A stretch of DNA of 64,000 nucleotides. Origin: Burkholderiales bacterium (GTDB taxonomy: Bacteria > Pseudomonadota > Gammaproteobacteria > Burkholderiales > SG8-41). Every line of letters begins with the position of its first letter. The stretch's first letter is position 1. The notes beneath the pieces were generated by a model. That model searched no databases. It worked only from the letters and a program-made list of their open reading frames with translations, and was not told where the DNA came from. The position numbers were made by a program, and so were the translations under genes. The stretch spans positions 9,786 through 73,785 of the forward strand of contig JAIEPF010000023.1 in the NCBI GenBank assembly GCA_019749945.1, in the 5' to 3' direction. Shown here piece after piece: positions 19,147-28,896 of the stretch.

Positions 19147-19919
19147 ACCAGAGCGCCGCCGAGGTAGGCGGTGATGACTTTGGCATCGCGCTGCACCGCC
19201 GCAGGCTCGCCTTCGGCAATTTTTTCACCGTAGTCGAGCACAGCCACGCGGTGCGACAGGCCCATCACCAGCTTCATGTCATGTTCGATCAGCAGCAGTG
19301 TGATGCCGTCGCCGAGTATTCTTTCCAGCAGTTTGCGCAGGGTGGCGGTTTCGGTGGCATTCATGCCGGCTGCCGGCTCGTCGAGGGCGAGCAGCCTGGG
19401 GTCGGTGGCCAGCGCGCGGGCAATCTCGAGCCGGCGCTGGTCGCCATAGGGCAGGTCGCGCGCGAGGCTGCCGGCGCGGGCGGCCAGCCCGCAATAATCC
19501 AGCAGTTCGCGGGCGCGCTGCGTGATCGCGCGCTCCTCGATGGCTGCCCCGCGTGTGCGCAGCACTGCTCCGAGTACGCCGGTGTGTGTGCGTACATGAC
19601 GGCCTACCATCACGTTTTCCAATGCCGTCATGCCGCCGAAGAGGCGGATGTTCTGAAAGGTGCGCGCGATGCCGTGCTGCGCCACGAGATGCGGCTTGCT
19701 GCCGTCGACGGGCCGGCCGTCGAAGACCAGCTCGCCGGCATCGGCGGCATAAATGCCCGTCAGCACATTGAACAGCGTGGTTTTGCCTGCGCCGTTGGGG
19801 CCGATCAGGCCGAAAATTTCGCCGCGGCGCACGCTGATCGACACCCCGTTCAGCGCGGTCAGGCCGCCGAAATTTTTGATGATGCCGGTGGCGGTGAGCA
19901 GGATATCAGCCGGCGGCAT
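19143..19919 (-). CDS. livG: branched-chain amino acid ABC transporter ATP-binding protein
   Basis: GPNGAGKTT, YGDQRRLEIARAL, LLALDEPAAG. ATGA overlap with livF. Confidence 0.93.
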   Translation of the reverse strand: MPPADILLTATGIIKNFGGLTALNGVSISVRRGEIFGLIGPNGAGKTTLFNVLTGIYAADAGELVFDGRPVDGSKPHLVAQHGIARTFQNIRLFGGMTALENVMVGRHVRTHTGVLGAVLRTRGAAIEERAITQRARELLDYCGLAARAGSLARDLPYGDQRRLEIARALATDPRLLALDEPAAGMNATETATLRKLLERILGDGITLLLIEHDMKLVMGLSHRVAVLDYGEKIAEGEPAAVQRDAKVITAYLGGALV

Positions 19920-20964
19920 GGTTCTCCTCCGCCTTGCGCCGGCGCGCCGGCCAGATGCCCGAGGGCCGGAACAGCATCATCAGCACCAGCGCCAGGCCGA
20001 ACAGCAGCATGCGCAGATCCGAGGGGTCGATGAACACTTCGCCGAACCAGCGCTGCTGCAGCGGCCCGATGTAGCGCAATGCTTCCGGCAGCACGGTCAG
20101 CAGCACGGCGCCGAGCACGACGCCGGCGACATTGCCCATGCCGCCGAGCACAACCATGCACAGCACCATGATGGAATCGATCAGGTGGAAACTCTCCGGG
20201 CTGATGAAGCCCTGGAATGACGCGAACAGTCCGCCGGCGACGCCGCCGAAGGTCGCGCCCATCGCAAACGCCAGCAGTTTCATGTTGCGGGTGTTGATGC
20301 CCATGGAGGCCGCGGCGAGTTCGTCCTCGCGGATGGCGACCCAGGCGCGGCCGATGCGCGAATCCTCCAATCGCCGCGAAATGATGATCGACAGCACGGC
20401 GCAGGCGAGGAACACAAAATAGTAATTGTGCAGCGCGGTGAATGTCAGGCCGGCAAAGCTGTGGGTCTGCGCCAGTGAAAAACCGCCGATCTGCAGCGGG
20501 TCGATCAGCGTGATGCCCTGCGGACCGTTGGTGATGTTGACCGGGCGGTTCAGGTTGTTGAGCAGCACGCGGATGATTTCACCGAAGCCGAGCGTGACAA
20601 TGGCCAGGTAGTCGCCGCGCAGCCGGAGGGTCGGGGCGCCGAGCAGGATGCCGAATACCGCGGCGACCATCGCGCCCAGCGGCAGCAGCACCAGGAAGGG
20701 CCAGTGCATCCCCAGCTGCGGCGAGGCGAGCAGCGCGTAACAATAGGCGCCGACCGCAAAAAACGCGATGTAACCGAGATCAAGCAGGCCGGCGAAACCG
20801 ACCACGATGTTGAGACCGAGGGCGAGCATGATGAACAGCAGCGCGACGTCGGTGATGCGCACCCAGGTGCGGCCGAACAGTATTTCGATCAGGAACGGGG
20901 CTGCGAGCAGCAGCAGCGCAATCACCACCCACGCGACCCGGCGCCACGGCGCGCTTGCGCTCAT
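19906..20964 (-). CDS. livM: branched-chain amino acid ABC transporter permease
   Basis: Multi-TM LivM-type permease. Overlaps livH (ATGA) and livG. Confidence 0.9.
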   Translation of the reverse strand: MSASAPWRRVAWVVIALLLLAAPFLIEILFGRTWVRITDVALLFIMLALGLNIVVGFAGLLDLGYIAFFAVGAYCYALLASPQLGMHWPFLVLLPLGAMVAAVFGILLGAPTLRLRGDYLAIVTLGFGEIIRVLLNNLNRPVNITNGPQGITLIDPLQIGGFSLAQTHSFAGLTFTALHNYYFVFLACAVLSIIISRRLEDSRIGRAWVAIREDELAAASMGINTRNMKLLAFAMGATFGGVAGGLFASFQGFISPESFHLIDSIMVLCMVVLGGMGNVAGVVLGAVLLTVLPEALRYIGPLQQRWFGEVFIDPSDLRMLLFGLALVLMMLFRPSGIWPARRRKAEENHAAG

Positions 20965-21884
20965 ACGCGGTCTCCGCCCCGGTGCCCCAGCAGTCCCGAT
21001 GGCCGCAGCACCAGCACCAGCACCAGCACCAGGAACGCAAAAATATCGCGGTAGTTGCTGCCGAGCACCCCCCCGGTGAGGTCGCCGATGTAACCCGCCG
21101 CCAGGCTTTCAATGACGCCCAGCAACAGCCCGCCCAGCACCGCGCCGCCGACATTGCCGATGCCGCCGAGCACGGCGGCGGTGAATGCCTTCAGCCCGAG
21201 CATGAAGCCCATGAAGTAATGGCCGAGGCCGTAATAGAGCACGACCATCAGTCCGGCGACGGCGCCGATCGCCGAACCGAGGACAAAGGTGAAGGCGATC
21301 ACCGAGTTGGTGTTGACTCCCATCAGCCCGGCGACGTCGGGATTCTGCTCGGTGGCGCGCATCGCGCGCCCCATGCGGCTGGTTTTGATGAACCACAAGA
21401 GGCCCGCCATGATCAGGCAGGCGAGCAGGAATATCGCCGCCTGCAGGCTGGTCAGCTGCGCGCCGAAAATGGTGAACTGCGCGGGTTCGATGATCTGCGG
21501 CAGGGAGATGTACTGCTTGCCCCAGACCAGCGCCGCGGAGTACTGCAGCAGTATCGATACGCCGATGGCGGTGATCAGCGGCGCCAGCCGCGGCGCGCGG
21601 CGCAGCGGCCGGTAGGCGACGCGTTCGATCGACAGGCCGAGGGTCGCGCAGACCACGACGGCGCCGCTGCCGGCAAGCAGCAGGATCACCGGCGCCGGCA
21701 GGCCGGCTGCCGCCAGCAGCTGGATGATGGCCAGCGACACCAGCGCGCCGATCATGGTGATGTCGCCGTGGGCGAAATTGATCAGCCCGAGGATGCCGTA
21801 GACCATGGTGTAACCGAGCGCGACCAGCGCGTAGATGCTGCCCAGCACCAGGCCATTGACGATTTGTTGCGCGAAAATTTCCAT
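20961..21884 (-). CDS. livH: branched-chain amino acid ABC transporter permease
   Basis: MEIFAQQIVNGLVLGSIYALVALGYTMVYG matches the LivH N-terminus. The ORF extends to a GTG at 21905. Confidence 0.9.
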   Translation of the reverse strand: MEIFAQQIVNGLVLGSIYALVALGYTMVYGILGLINFAHGDITMIGALVSLAIIQLLAAAGLPAPVILLLAGSGAVVVCATLGLSIERVAYRPLRRAPRLAPLITAIGVSILLQYSAALVWGKQYISLPQIIEPAQFTIFGAQLTSLQAAIFLLACLIMAGLLWFIKTSRMGRAMRATEQNPDVAGLMGVNTNSVIAFTFVLGSAIGAVAGLMVVLYYGLGHYFMGFMLGLKAFTAAVLGGIGNVGGAVLGGLLLGVIESLAAGYIGDLTGGVLGSNYRDIFAFLVLVLVLVLRPSGLLGHRGGDRV

Positions 21885-21944
21885 CGCCAGATGTGGCAAC
21901 GGCACCCGGGATGGGGTGCCGTTGCTCAGCGGGTTATCGCAGGC

Positions 21945-23201
21945 TTACTTCTTGGCTTCGGGTGCGGGCGCGATGGCCGCCGGGGCCGAAGCCGCGGGGG
22001 CTGCAGCCGGCGCAGCATCCGGCTTGACGATTTCCAGCGGCTCCCATTTGCCACCCTTGACCACGTAAATGGTGATCGGGCCGTTTTTCAGGTCGCCCTT
22101 GTCGTCAAACGCGATCGGGCCGATGACGCCCTGGTAATCGGTCTTGCCGATTTCCGCGAGGAATTTCGCCGGGTCGGCGGATCCGGCGCGTTTCATCGCC
22201 TCGACAAACACGAATACCGCGTCGTAACCCATGGGCGCGAACAACTCGACTTCCTGGTTGAACTTGGCTTTGTATTTCTCGAGGAACACCTTGCCGCCGG
22301 GCATCTGGTCTTTCGGTAGCCCGGGGATCGAAGCCATCGCACCGTCGGAGGCATCACCGGCGAGTTTGATGAAATTGGGCGTCTGCATGCCGTCACCGCC
22401 GATGAATTTGGCCTTGATGCCGAGTTCCTTCATCTGCTTGATCATCGGACCCGCTTGCGGATCGATGCCGCCGAACATGATCAGGTCGGGTTTCCTGCCC
22501 TTGATCTTGGTCAGGATCGCCTTGAAGTCGGTGTCCTTGTCGGTGGTGTGTTCGCGGGCGATGATTTTCGCGCCCAGCGCTTTGGCGGTGGCTTCGAAGT
22601 TGTCGGCGAGGCCTTGGCCGTAGGCCGTGCTGTCGTCGATCACCGCGATGCTCTTCGCCTTCAGGTTGTTGATCGCGAAGCGCGCCAGCGTCGGGCCCTG
22701 CTGGCCGTCATGCGCGACCACGCGGAAGGTGGTCTTGAAACCCTTCAGCGTGTAATCGGGATTGGTCGAAGACGGCGAAATCTGCGGCACGCCGCCGTCG
22801 GCATACACCTTGGACGCCGGAATCGAGGCGCCGGAATTGAAGTGGCCGACCACTGCGGCAACTTTGGCATCGACCAGTTTCTGCGCGACCGTGGTGGCCT
22901 TGGTCGGATTGGCTTCGTCGTCCTCGGACACCAGTTCGAATTTCACTTTTTTGCCGCCGATCTCGACGCCCTTGGCGTTGAGATCTTCGATGGCGAGTTG
23001 CACGCCGTTGCGGATGTCGATGCCAATGTGCGCCTGCGGGCCGGTCAGCGGCGATGCCGAGCCGATTTTTACAGTCATGACTTCCGGCGCTTTCGGCGCC
23101 TCGGCTTTGGGCGCGGGCGGCGGCGCTTCTTTGCCGCAGGCAGTCATCAGGGTTGCGGCAATCAGTGCCGCGGTGACATGGCGTAAGGTGTACTTGTGCA
23201 T
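21945..23201 (-). CDS. branched-chain amino acid ABC transporter substrate-binding protein (probable lipoprotein)
   Basis: LivK/LivJ-type periplasmic binding fold. N-terminal LMTAC lipobox-like signal. Pro/Ala-rich linkers at both ends. Confidence 0.9.
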   Translation of the reverse strand: MHKYTLRHVTAALIAATLMTACGKEAPPPAPKAEAPKAPEVMTVKIGSASPLTGPQAHIGIDIRNGVQLAIEDLNAKGVEIGGKKVKFELVSEDDEANPTKATTVAQKLVDAKVAAVVGHFNSGASIPASKVYADGGVPQISPSSTNPDYTLKGFKTTFRVVAHDGQQGPTLARFAINNLKAKSIAVIDDSTAYGQGLADNFEATAKALGAKIIAREHTTDKDTDFKAILTKIKGRKPDLIMFGGIDPQAGPMIKQMKELGIKAKFIGGDGMQTPNFIKLAGDASDGAMASIPGLPKDQMPGGKVFLEKYKAKFNQEVELFAPMGYDAVFVFVEAMKRAGSADPAKFLAEIGKTDYQGVIGPIAFDDKGDLKNGPITIYVVKGGKWEPLEIVKPDAAPAAAPAASAPAAIAPAPEAKK

Positions 23202-23298
23202 GGTGGCTCCCGTGTGAAGTCGGATCAGCGGACAATCGCGGTGTGCATCTGGTGCTGGGTTTCGTATTTAACTTGTTGTTACTGAAAGGGATTTATTG

Positions 23299-23327
23299 AT
23301 TATCGGGGGGGTGCCCGGCAATGTCAA
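23299..23327 (-). promoter_or_regulatory. putative sigma70 promoter of the liv operon (TTGACA-17 nt-GATAAT on the minus strand)
   Basis: Plus-strand TGTCAA 23322-23327 and ATTATC 23299-23304, about 95 nt upstream of the livK-type start. Confidence 0.5.
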
Positions 23328-23363
23328 TTTCAGTCACTTGAATCAGGACCGCAAATCCCCGGC

Positions 23364-23390
23364 AACAAAAAAGCCGGCGCAGGCCGGCTT
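23364..23390 (-). terminator. intrinsic terminator of the cytochrome c gene
   Basis: 8-bp stem AAGCCGGC/GCCGGCTT with a 4-nt loop, followed on the minus strand by TTTTTTGTT. Lies 20 nt past the cytochrome c stop. Confidence 0.75.
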
Positions 23391-23412
23391 TGATGCGGAT
23401 AACAGGAGGCCG

Positions 23413-23721
23413 CTACTTGACGGCCAGTATCCAGGCCACGATGGCCTTGATGTCCTCATCCTTGACATGGGCGTTCGGCGGCATCGGGGTGGGTCCCCAC
23501 ACACCTGAACCGCCGGCCTTCACTTTTTTCTCCAGGCTGGCTTCGGCACCTTTGTCGTTGCGGTATTTGGCGGCGATATCCTTGTAGCTCGGCCCGATGA
23601 CCTTGCGGTCGGTGGCGTGGCAGGTCATGCAGCCGCTCGACTGCGCGAGTTTTTCCGATGCTGCAACGCTGCCGGAAACCAGAACACCCAGTGCAAACAG
23701 CACGGCAAAGACAAACTTCAT
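23413..23721 (-). CDS. class I c-type cytochrome (c551/c552-like)
   Basis: MKFVFAVLFALGVLVSGSVAA signal peptide. CMTCH haem-binding motif, distal Met in PMPPN. GGAG RBS before ATG 23721. The ORF upstream extension was rejected. Confidence 0.9.
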   Translation of the reverse strand: MKFVFAVLFALGVLVSGSVAASEKLAQSSGCMTCHATDRKVIGPSYKDIAAKYRNDKGAEASLEKKVKAGGSGVWGPTPMPPNAHVKDEDIKAIVAWILAVK

Positions 23722-23983
23722 GAAAGCTCCTTGACTGTCGAAATGAATGGCAAGACTGCGTGAGCCGCGATTGTAGCCGAAGCGGTTCACGGCCCGAAGG
23801 CTGCCGCGCGGGTTCGTCCAGAACACCGCGGGCTTCCTGTGTTTCATGCATTGCCCTTTATACGCCCCGGAATTATTTCATAACCCATTGTTTTTATTAA
23901 ATATTTAAAGTTGAGTTCGATGCGATACCTGCCGCAACTGCGGACGATGAGGGGTGTTCATGTCCGCAGCGCCGCCCGGGCGA

Positions 23984-25657
23984 TCAGTCGGTGACCGCGC
24001 CCTTGCTGGCGGTCGATACTAGGCGCGCGAACTTGGCCAGCGCGCCGCGGGTGTAACGCGGTTTCGGCTGTTTCCATTTCTTTTTGCGCGCCGCGAATTC
24101 CTTAGCGGAAATGTTGAGCTGGATCAGCAGTTTGTGCGCGTCGATGGTGATCGAATCGCCTTCCTTCACCAGCGCGATCGGTCCGCCCTCGAAGGCTTCC
24201 GGCGCGACGTGGCCGACGACCATGCCCCAGGTGCCGCCGGAAAAACGGCCGTCGGTGATCAGGCCGACGGATTCACCGAGGCCCTGGCCGGTCAGCGCGC
24301 CGGTGGGCGCCAGCATTTCCTGCATGCCCGGGCCGCCTTTCGGTCCTTCGTAGCGGATCACGACGACATCGCCGGCCTTGATCTTTTTCGCCATGATGGC
24401 TTTCATCGTCGCGGCCTCGGAATCGAACACCCGCGCCGGCCCGGTGATTTTCGGCGATTTCAAACCGGTGATCTTGGCGACGCAGCCTTCCGGTGCGAGG
24501 TTGCCCTTGAGGATGGCGAGGTGTCCCTGTTTGTACATCGGGTTCGACCAGGGACGGATCACGTCCTGGTCGGCACGCGGCGCATCGGGCACGTTTTTCA
24601 GTTCCTGCGCCAGCGTGCGGCCGGTGATGGTGATGCAGTCGCCGTGCAGCAAGCCCTGCTTCAGCAGCATTTTCAGCACCTGCGGCACGCCGCCGGCGCG
24701 ATGGAAATCGACGGCGACATAACGACCGGAAGGTTTCAGGTCGCACAGCACCGGCACCTTGCGGCGCACGCGTTCGAAATCATCGATGCTCCATTTGACC
24801 TGCGCCGCATGGGCGATGGCGAGGTAATGCAGCACGGCGTTGGTCGAGCCGCCGGTGGCCATGATCAATGCCACGGCATTCTCGATTGATTTGCGGGTGA
24901 CGATGTCGCGCGGTTTGATGTCCTGCTTGATCGCATTGACCAGCACCAGCGCCGATTGCGCGGCCGAGTCGGCTTTTTCCGGATCCGGCGAGGCCATCTG
25001 CGATGAACCGAGCACGCTCATGCCCAGGGCTTCGAACGAGGACGACATGGTGTTGGCGGTGAACATGCCGCCGCAGGCGCCCACCGACGGGCAGGCGTTT
25101 TTTTCGATGCCGATGAAATCTTCGTCGCTCATTTTTCCGGCGGAGTAGGCGCCGACGGCTTCGAAGGCGCTGACCACGGTCAGATCCTGGCCTTTCCAGC
25201 GGCCGGGCTTGATGGTGCCGGCGTAGACGTAGATGCCCGGCACATTCATGCGCAGCATCGCGATCATGCCGCCCGGCATGTTTTTGTCGCAGCCGCCGCA
25301 GACCAGCACGCCGTCCATGGCCTGGCCGTTGACTGCGGTTTCGATGCAGTCGGCGATGACTTCGCGCGACACCAGCGAATATTTCATCGCCTCGGTGCCC
25401 ATGCCGATGCCGTCGGTGACGGTCGGCACGCCGAACACCTGCGGCATCGCGCCGGCGCCCTGCAGCGCGGCGATCGCGCGGTCGACCAGCGGCTGGATGC
25501 CGGCGTTGCAGGGGTTCATCGTCGAATGCCCGTTGGCGACGCCGACGATGGGTTTGTCGAAGTCGCGGTCGCCGAAACCCACGGCGCGCAGCATGGCGCG
25601 GTTGGGGGCGCGGGCGACGCCGGCGGTGATCAGGTGGCTGCGTTTATTGAGCGGCAT
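23984..25657 (-). CDS. ilvD: dihydroxy-acid dehydratase
   Basis: [28 protein letters not shown]... through the conserved CDK, GGP and ITDGRFSGG motifs. 557 aa from ATG 25657. The 764-aa ORF upstream part is antisense to lgt. Confidence 0.95.
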   Translation of the reverse strand: MPLNKRSHLITAGVARAPNRAMLRAVGFGDRDFDKPIVGVANGHSTMNPCNAGIQPLVDRAIAALQGAGAMPQVFGVPTVTDGIGMGTEAMKYSLVSREVIADCIETAVNGQAMDGVLVCGGCDKNMPGGMIAMLRMNVPGIYVYAGTIKPGRWKGQDLTVVSAFEAVGAYSAGKMSDEDFIGIEKNACPSVGACGGMFTANTMSSSFEALGMSVLGSSQMASPDPEKADSAAQSALVLVNAIKQDIKPRDIVTRKSIENAVALIMATGGSTNAVLHYLAIAHAAQVKWSIDDFERVRRKVPVLCDLKPSGRYVAVDFHRAGGVPQVLKMLLKQGLLHGDCITITGRTLAQELKNVPDAPRADQDVIRPWSNPMYKQGHLAILKGNLAPEGCVAKITGLKSPKITGPARVFDSEAATMKAIMAKKIKAGDVVVIRYEGPKGGPGMQEMLAPTGALTGQGLGESVGLITDGRFSGGTWGMVVGHVAPEAFEGGPIALVKEGDSITIDAHKLLIQLNISAKEFAARKKKWKQPKPRYTRGALAKFARLVSTASKGAVTD

Positions 25658-25765
25658 GGTTTTTCTCCAGAGGGCCGGCGGAGCAGACAATGGCCGCCGC
25701 GGCCGGACACGTATAATAAGGGCGGCAATTTTATCGCATCCCCGTTTTCTCATCGATTTTTCCCC

Positions 25766-26548
25766 ATGTTCGTACACCCCGAATTCGATCCCGTGGCCTT
25801 GCAGCTCGGGCCGCTGGCCCTGCGCTGGTACGGCCTGATGTACCTGCTTGGTTTCGCGCTGATCTGGCTGTTCGGCCGTTACCGCATCGACCGCAATCCG
25901 GGCGGCACATGGACCCGCAACGACCTCGACGACGTGTTGTTCTACGGCATCCTCGGCACCATCCTCGGCGGCCGGCTGGGTTACGTGTTGTTCTACAAGT
26001 TCGGCGATTACCTGGCGACACCGTGGAAAGTGTTTTATGTGTGGGAGGGCGGCATGTCCTTCCACGGCGGGTTCCTCGGCGTGGTCATCGCGATGATCTG
26101 GTTCGCCCGCAGCCGCCACAGGGACTGGCTGCAGATCACCGATTTCATCGCGCCGCTGGCGCCGCTGGGGCTGGCCGCCGGGCGCATGGGCAATTTCATC
26201 AACGCCGAATTGTGGGGCCGGCCGGCGGATGTGCCCTGGGCGATGGTGTTTCCGAACGTCGATCGCATCGCGCGCCACCCGTCGCAGCTCTACGAATTTG
26301 CGCTGGAAGGCGTCGTGCTGTTCGTGATCCTGTGGTTGTTTACGCTGAAACCGCGGCCGCGCGGCGCGGCCTCGGCACTGTTCCTGATCGGCTACGGCGT
26401 GTTCCGCTTCGGCGTCGAATACACGCGCGAACCCGATGGATTTCTCGGACTGCTGGCGCTCGGGTTTTCGATGGGGCAGTGGCTGTCGCTGCCGATGATC
26501 GTGGCCGGAGCCGGGCTGCTGGCCTGGGTGTACACCAGGCCCCGTTAA
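25766..26548 (+). CDS. lgt: prolipoprotein diacylglyceryl transferase
   Basis: [36 protein letters not shown] and [13 protein letters not shown] motifs. Confidence 0.95.
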   Translation: MFVHPEFDPVALQLGPLALRWYGLMYLLGFALIWLFGRYRIDRNPGGTWTRNDLDDVLFYGILGTILGGRLGYVLFYKFGDYLATPWKVFYVWEGGMSFHGGFLGVVIAMIWFARSRHRDWLQITDFIAPLAPLGLAAGRMGNFINAELWGRPADVPWAMVFPNVDRIARHPSQLYEFALEGVVLFVILWLFTLKPRPRGAASALFLIGYGVFRFGVEYTREPDGFLGLLALGFSMGQWLSLPMIVAGAGLLAWVYTRPR

Positions 26549-27384
26549 TTCAATTTCTTCGGGTCGATCCTGCGCGCCGTTTTTCCCTGCGCGCGCAGCG
26601 TTGCGCGGCGCTCGAGCAGGCGCTGGAAATTGTCGAGTGACAGCAGGTGAGCGTAAACGCGCGACAGCATGCCATTGCGGGCGAGTTCCTGCAGTGTCGC
26701 GGCTGGCAGCGCCTGCAGTTTTTCCTCGGACACCCGGTGCATGCCGGTCAGCGCGATCGGGGCTTCACCCTGCGGCGCGACCTGCGCGGTGAAAGTCTCC
26801 AGCAATTGCAGCCCGTGCAGCCTGCGGCACAGTTCTTCGGTGCGCGCGAGATCGGCCTCGAACTCGAACAGCAGTTTGCGCAGCTGATCCCACACCGGCA
26901 GCGGTTCCCCCTTGCTGTCATAGAGGGCTTCGCCCTTGGCGTTCACCGCGCGTTTTTCGACGCAGGCAATGCGTTCCGCCTGTTCCTTCCCGTCGACGGT
27001 GACGCGGGTCATGCAGAACGGATAACGCCGCACATAGGCCGGCAGGTAAACCCCGGCGTCCCAGGTGTCGTCATCGGCGACAAACAGATTCTGCTGCGCT
27101 TCGAGGCCGAGGATGGCCATCGCGACAAATGTGCTGCCGCCATCGCCGGAAATGAAGGCAATCGGATAATCGTGGATCGCCGGCGCAAATTCGGTGAAGG
27201 ACAGCGGCAGCGCCGTCAGCTTGCGGAACAGCACCGGCAGCCTGCGTTCCGCCGGCAGCAAAACCTTGTGGGTTTTCGCCAGCGGAACGATTTCCTGGTA
27301 ACCGTAGGGGGGATTGATGTCCAAAAGGGTTTCCGGATGGGGTTTTGATCGATTATAGCCGCCGCTGCCGGCGATTTGCCGCAT
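26545..27384 (-). CDS. SapC family protein
   Basis: HDYPIAFI...[11 protein letters not shown]...[11 protein letters not shown] is the SapC signature. The ATG at 27384 lies upstream of a TATAAT (minus strand, about 27352), so TTG 27324 is an alternative start. The stop overlaps the lgt stop (TTAA). Confidence 0.8.
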   Translation of the reverse strand: MRQIAGSGGYNRSKPHPETLLDINPPYGYQEIVPLAKTHKVLLPAERRLPVLFRKLTALPLSFTEFAPAIHDYPIAFISGDGGSTFVAMAILGLEAQQNLFVADDDTWDAGVYLPAYVRRYPFCMTRVTVDGKEQAERIACVEKRAVNAKGEALYDSKGEPLPVWDQLRKLLFEFEADLARTEELCRRLHGLQLLETFTAQVAPQGEAPIALTGMHRVSEEKLQALPAATLQELARNGMLSRVYAHLLSLDNFQRLLERRATLRAQGKTARRIDPKKLN

Positions 27385-27417
27385 GCCCGCCGAGCGGGTA
27401 GAATCCGCCCTCTTTTC

Positions 27418-27482
<65 letters not shown>

Positions 27483-27493
<11 letters not shown>

Positions 27494-27540
27494 AAATATA
27501 AAAGCCGCCGCAGGGCGGCTTTTATATTTTGGTGGAGTGG
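27483..27540. terminator. 58-nt perfect palindrome (27-bp stem, GCAG loop); its core is a bidirectional intrinsic-terminator-like hairpin
   Basis: CCACTCCACCAAAATATAAAAGCCGCC-GCAG-GGCGGCTTTTATATTTTGGTGGAGTGG. The left arm starts inside the tRNA-Ala 3' acceptor strand. Confidence 0.6.
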
Positions 27541-27794
27541 CAGTTGGTGAGAACTCCCCCGAGTTCGACCAGCGCAGTCCGGGGGACTGCGCGCAGGACG
27601 CCGGAGCGCATAAGCGCACCGGCGGTCCCGCGGTACATGTCACCGTGGGATGCTGGTATCGCCCTAAGGCGATACAGCACAACCTCCTCCACGGGGCCCG
27701 CCATTACCGGCCGCCAGGAAACAGCGAATTCAACCGCAAGCCCCGGGGTGCGTGATCGCGCAGTGCTGGCTAAATTCCGCGCATCAAGCCGAAA

Positions 27795-28883
27795 ATGGCG
27801 CAAAGGCCCCTCGATCATGTCCAGCAAAACGGCAATACGTGCAGCCGCCACCATCGGCGATCCGCGCTGGGCGGCGGTGGTCGCCCGCGACCCGGCGGCG
27901 GACGGGCGGTTTTTTATTCGGTCAAAACCACCGGCGTCTACTGCCGCCCGTCCTGTGCGTCGCGTACGGCGCGACCGGAGAATGTGGAATTCCATGCGAC
28001 TGCCGCGGCGGCCGAACGTGCGGGTTTCCGCCCCCGCAAACGTTGCAGGCCGCACCAGCCGGCCAGGTTTGCCGCCGCGCGGGTGACGGAACTGTGCCGG
28101 CTGATTGAACGCGCTGAACAGCCGCCCAGCCTGCAAACGCTGGCGCAACAGGCGGGATGGAGTCGCTGGCATCTGCATCGCGTGTTCAAGGCGGTGACCG
28201 GCCTGACGCCCCGGGCCTATGCCGCGGCACACCGTGCGCGACGCGTCAAAGCCGGACTGCGCCGCGACACGACCGTGACCGAGGCGGTGTACGGCGCCGG
28301 CTACAACTCCAGCGCGCGGTTTTACGAACAATCGAACGCGGTACTGGGCATGACACCAGGCCGTTATCGTGCCGGCGGCGCCGGCACCACAATCCGCTTC
28401 GCCGTGGGCCAATGTACGCTGGGCGCGATCCTGGTGGCCGCCAGTGCGCGCGGCGTCTGCGCCATCCTGCTGGGGGATGATGCCGATGCGCTGGTGCGCG
28501 ACCTGCAGGACCGTTTTCCGCGCGCCGAGCTGGTCGGCGCTGACGCCGGCTTCGAACAATGGGTGGCGCAGGTGGTGGGTTTTGTCGAGCAGCCCCGGCT
28601 CGGGCTGGACCTGCCGCTGGATGTGCGCGGCACGGCTTTCCAGCAGCGGGTATGGCAGGCCCTGCAAAAAATTCCCGCCGGTACCACGGCGAGTTACAGC
28701 GAAATTGCGCAGCGCCTCGGCGCACCCAAATCCGTCCGTGCCGTGGCCGGCGCCTGTGCCGCCAACGCACTGGCGGTGGTGATCCCCTGCCATCGCGTGG
28801 TGCGTACCGACGGTGGGCTGTCCGGTTATCGCTGGGGGGTGGCGCGCAAACGCGCCCTGCTGGATCGCGAAGCGCAGGGTTGA
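27795..28883 (+). CDS. ada: Ada: methylphosphotriester/O6-methylguanine-DNA methyltransferase plus AraC-type regulator; the ancestral N-terminus is out of frame (see findings)
   Basis: FYSVKTTGVYCRPSC...FRPRKRCRP Zn-Cys4 domain, AraC HTH, C-terminal PCHRVV active site. The conserved DPRWAAVVARDPAADGRFF segment is encoded from ATG 27817 in the +1 frame and joins only if the T6 run 27910-27915 is read as T7. Confidence 0.8.
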   Translation: MAQRPLDHVQQNGNTCSRHHRRSALGGGGRPRPGGGRAVFYSVKTTGVYCRPSCASRTARPENVEFHATAAAAERAGFRPRKRCRPHQPARFAAARVTELCRLIERAEQPPSLQTLAQQAGWSRWHLHRVFKAVTGLTPRAYAAAHRARRVKAGLRRDTTVTEAVYGAGYNSSARFYEQSNAVLGMTPGRYRAGGAGTTIRFAVGQCTLGAILVAASARGVCAILLGDDADALVRDLQDRFPRAELVGADAGFEQWVAQVVGFVEQPRLGLDLPLDVRGTAFQQRVWQALQKIPAGTTASYSEIAQRLGAPKSVRAVAGACAANALAVVIPCHRVVRTDGGLSGYRWGVARKRALLDREAQG

Positions 28884-28896
28884 CGCAGCGCCGCAG

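Noticed and set aside
25658-26278. N-terminal 207-aa extension of the ilvD ORF
   Set aside because: IlvD homology begins at MPLNKRSHL (ATG 25657). The extension is antisense to lgt and would overlap it completely.
26545-26548. Overlapping convergent stop codons of lgt and the SapC-family gene (TTAA)
   Set aside because: The overlap is real, but it is a common consequence of compact genomes. No structure or signal is associated with it.
27605-27620. Ada box (AAGCGCA) for ada autoregulation
   Set aside because: It is a single heptamer about 200 nt upstream of either candidate start and not positioned next to a recognisable -35. It is too weak to call.
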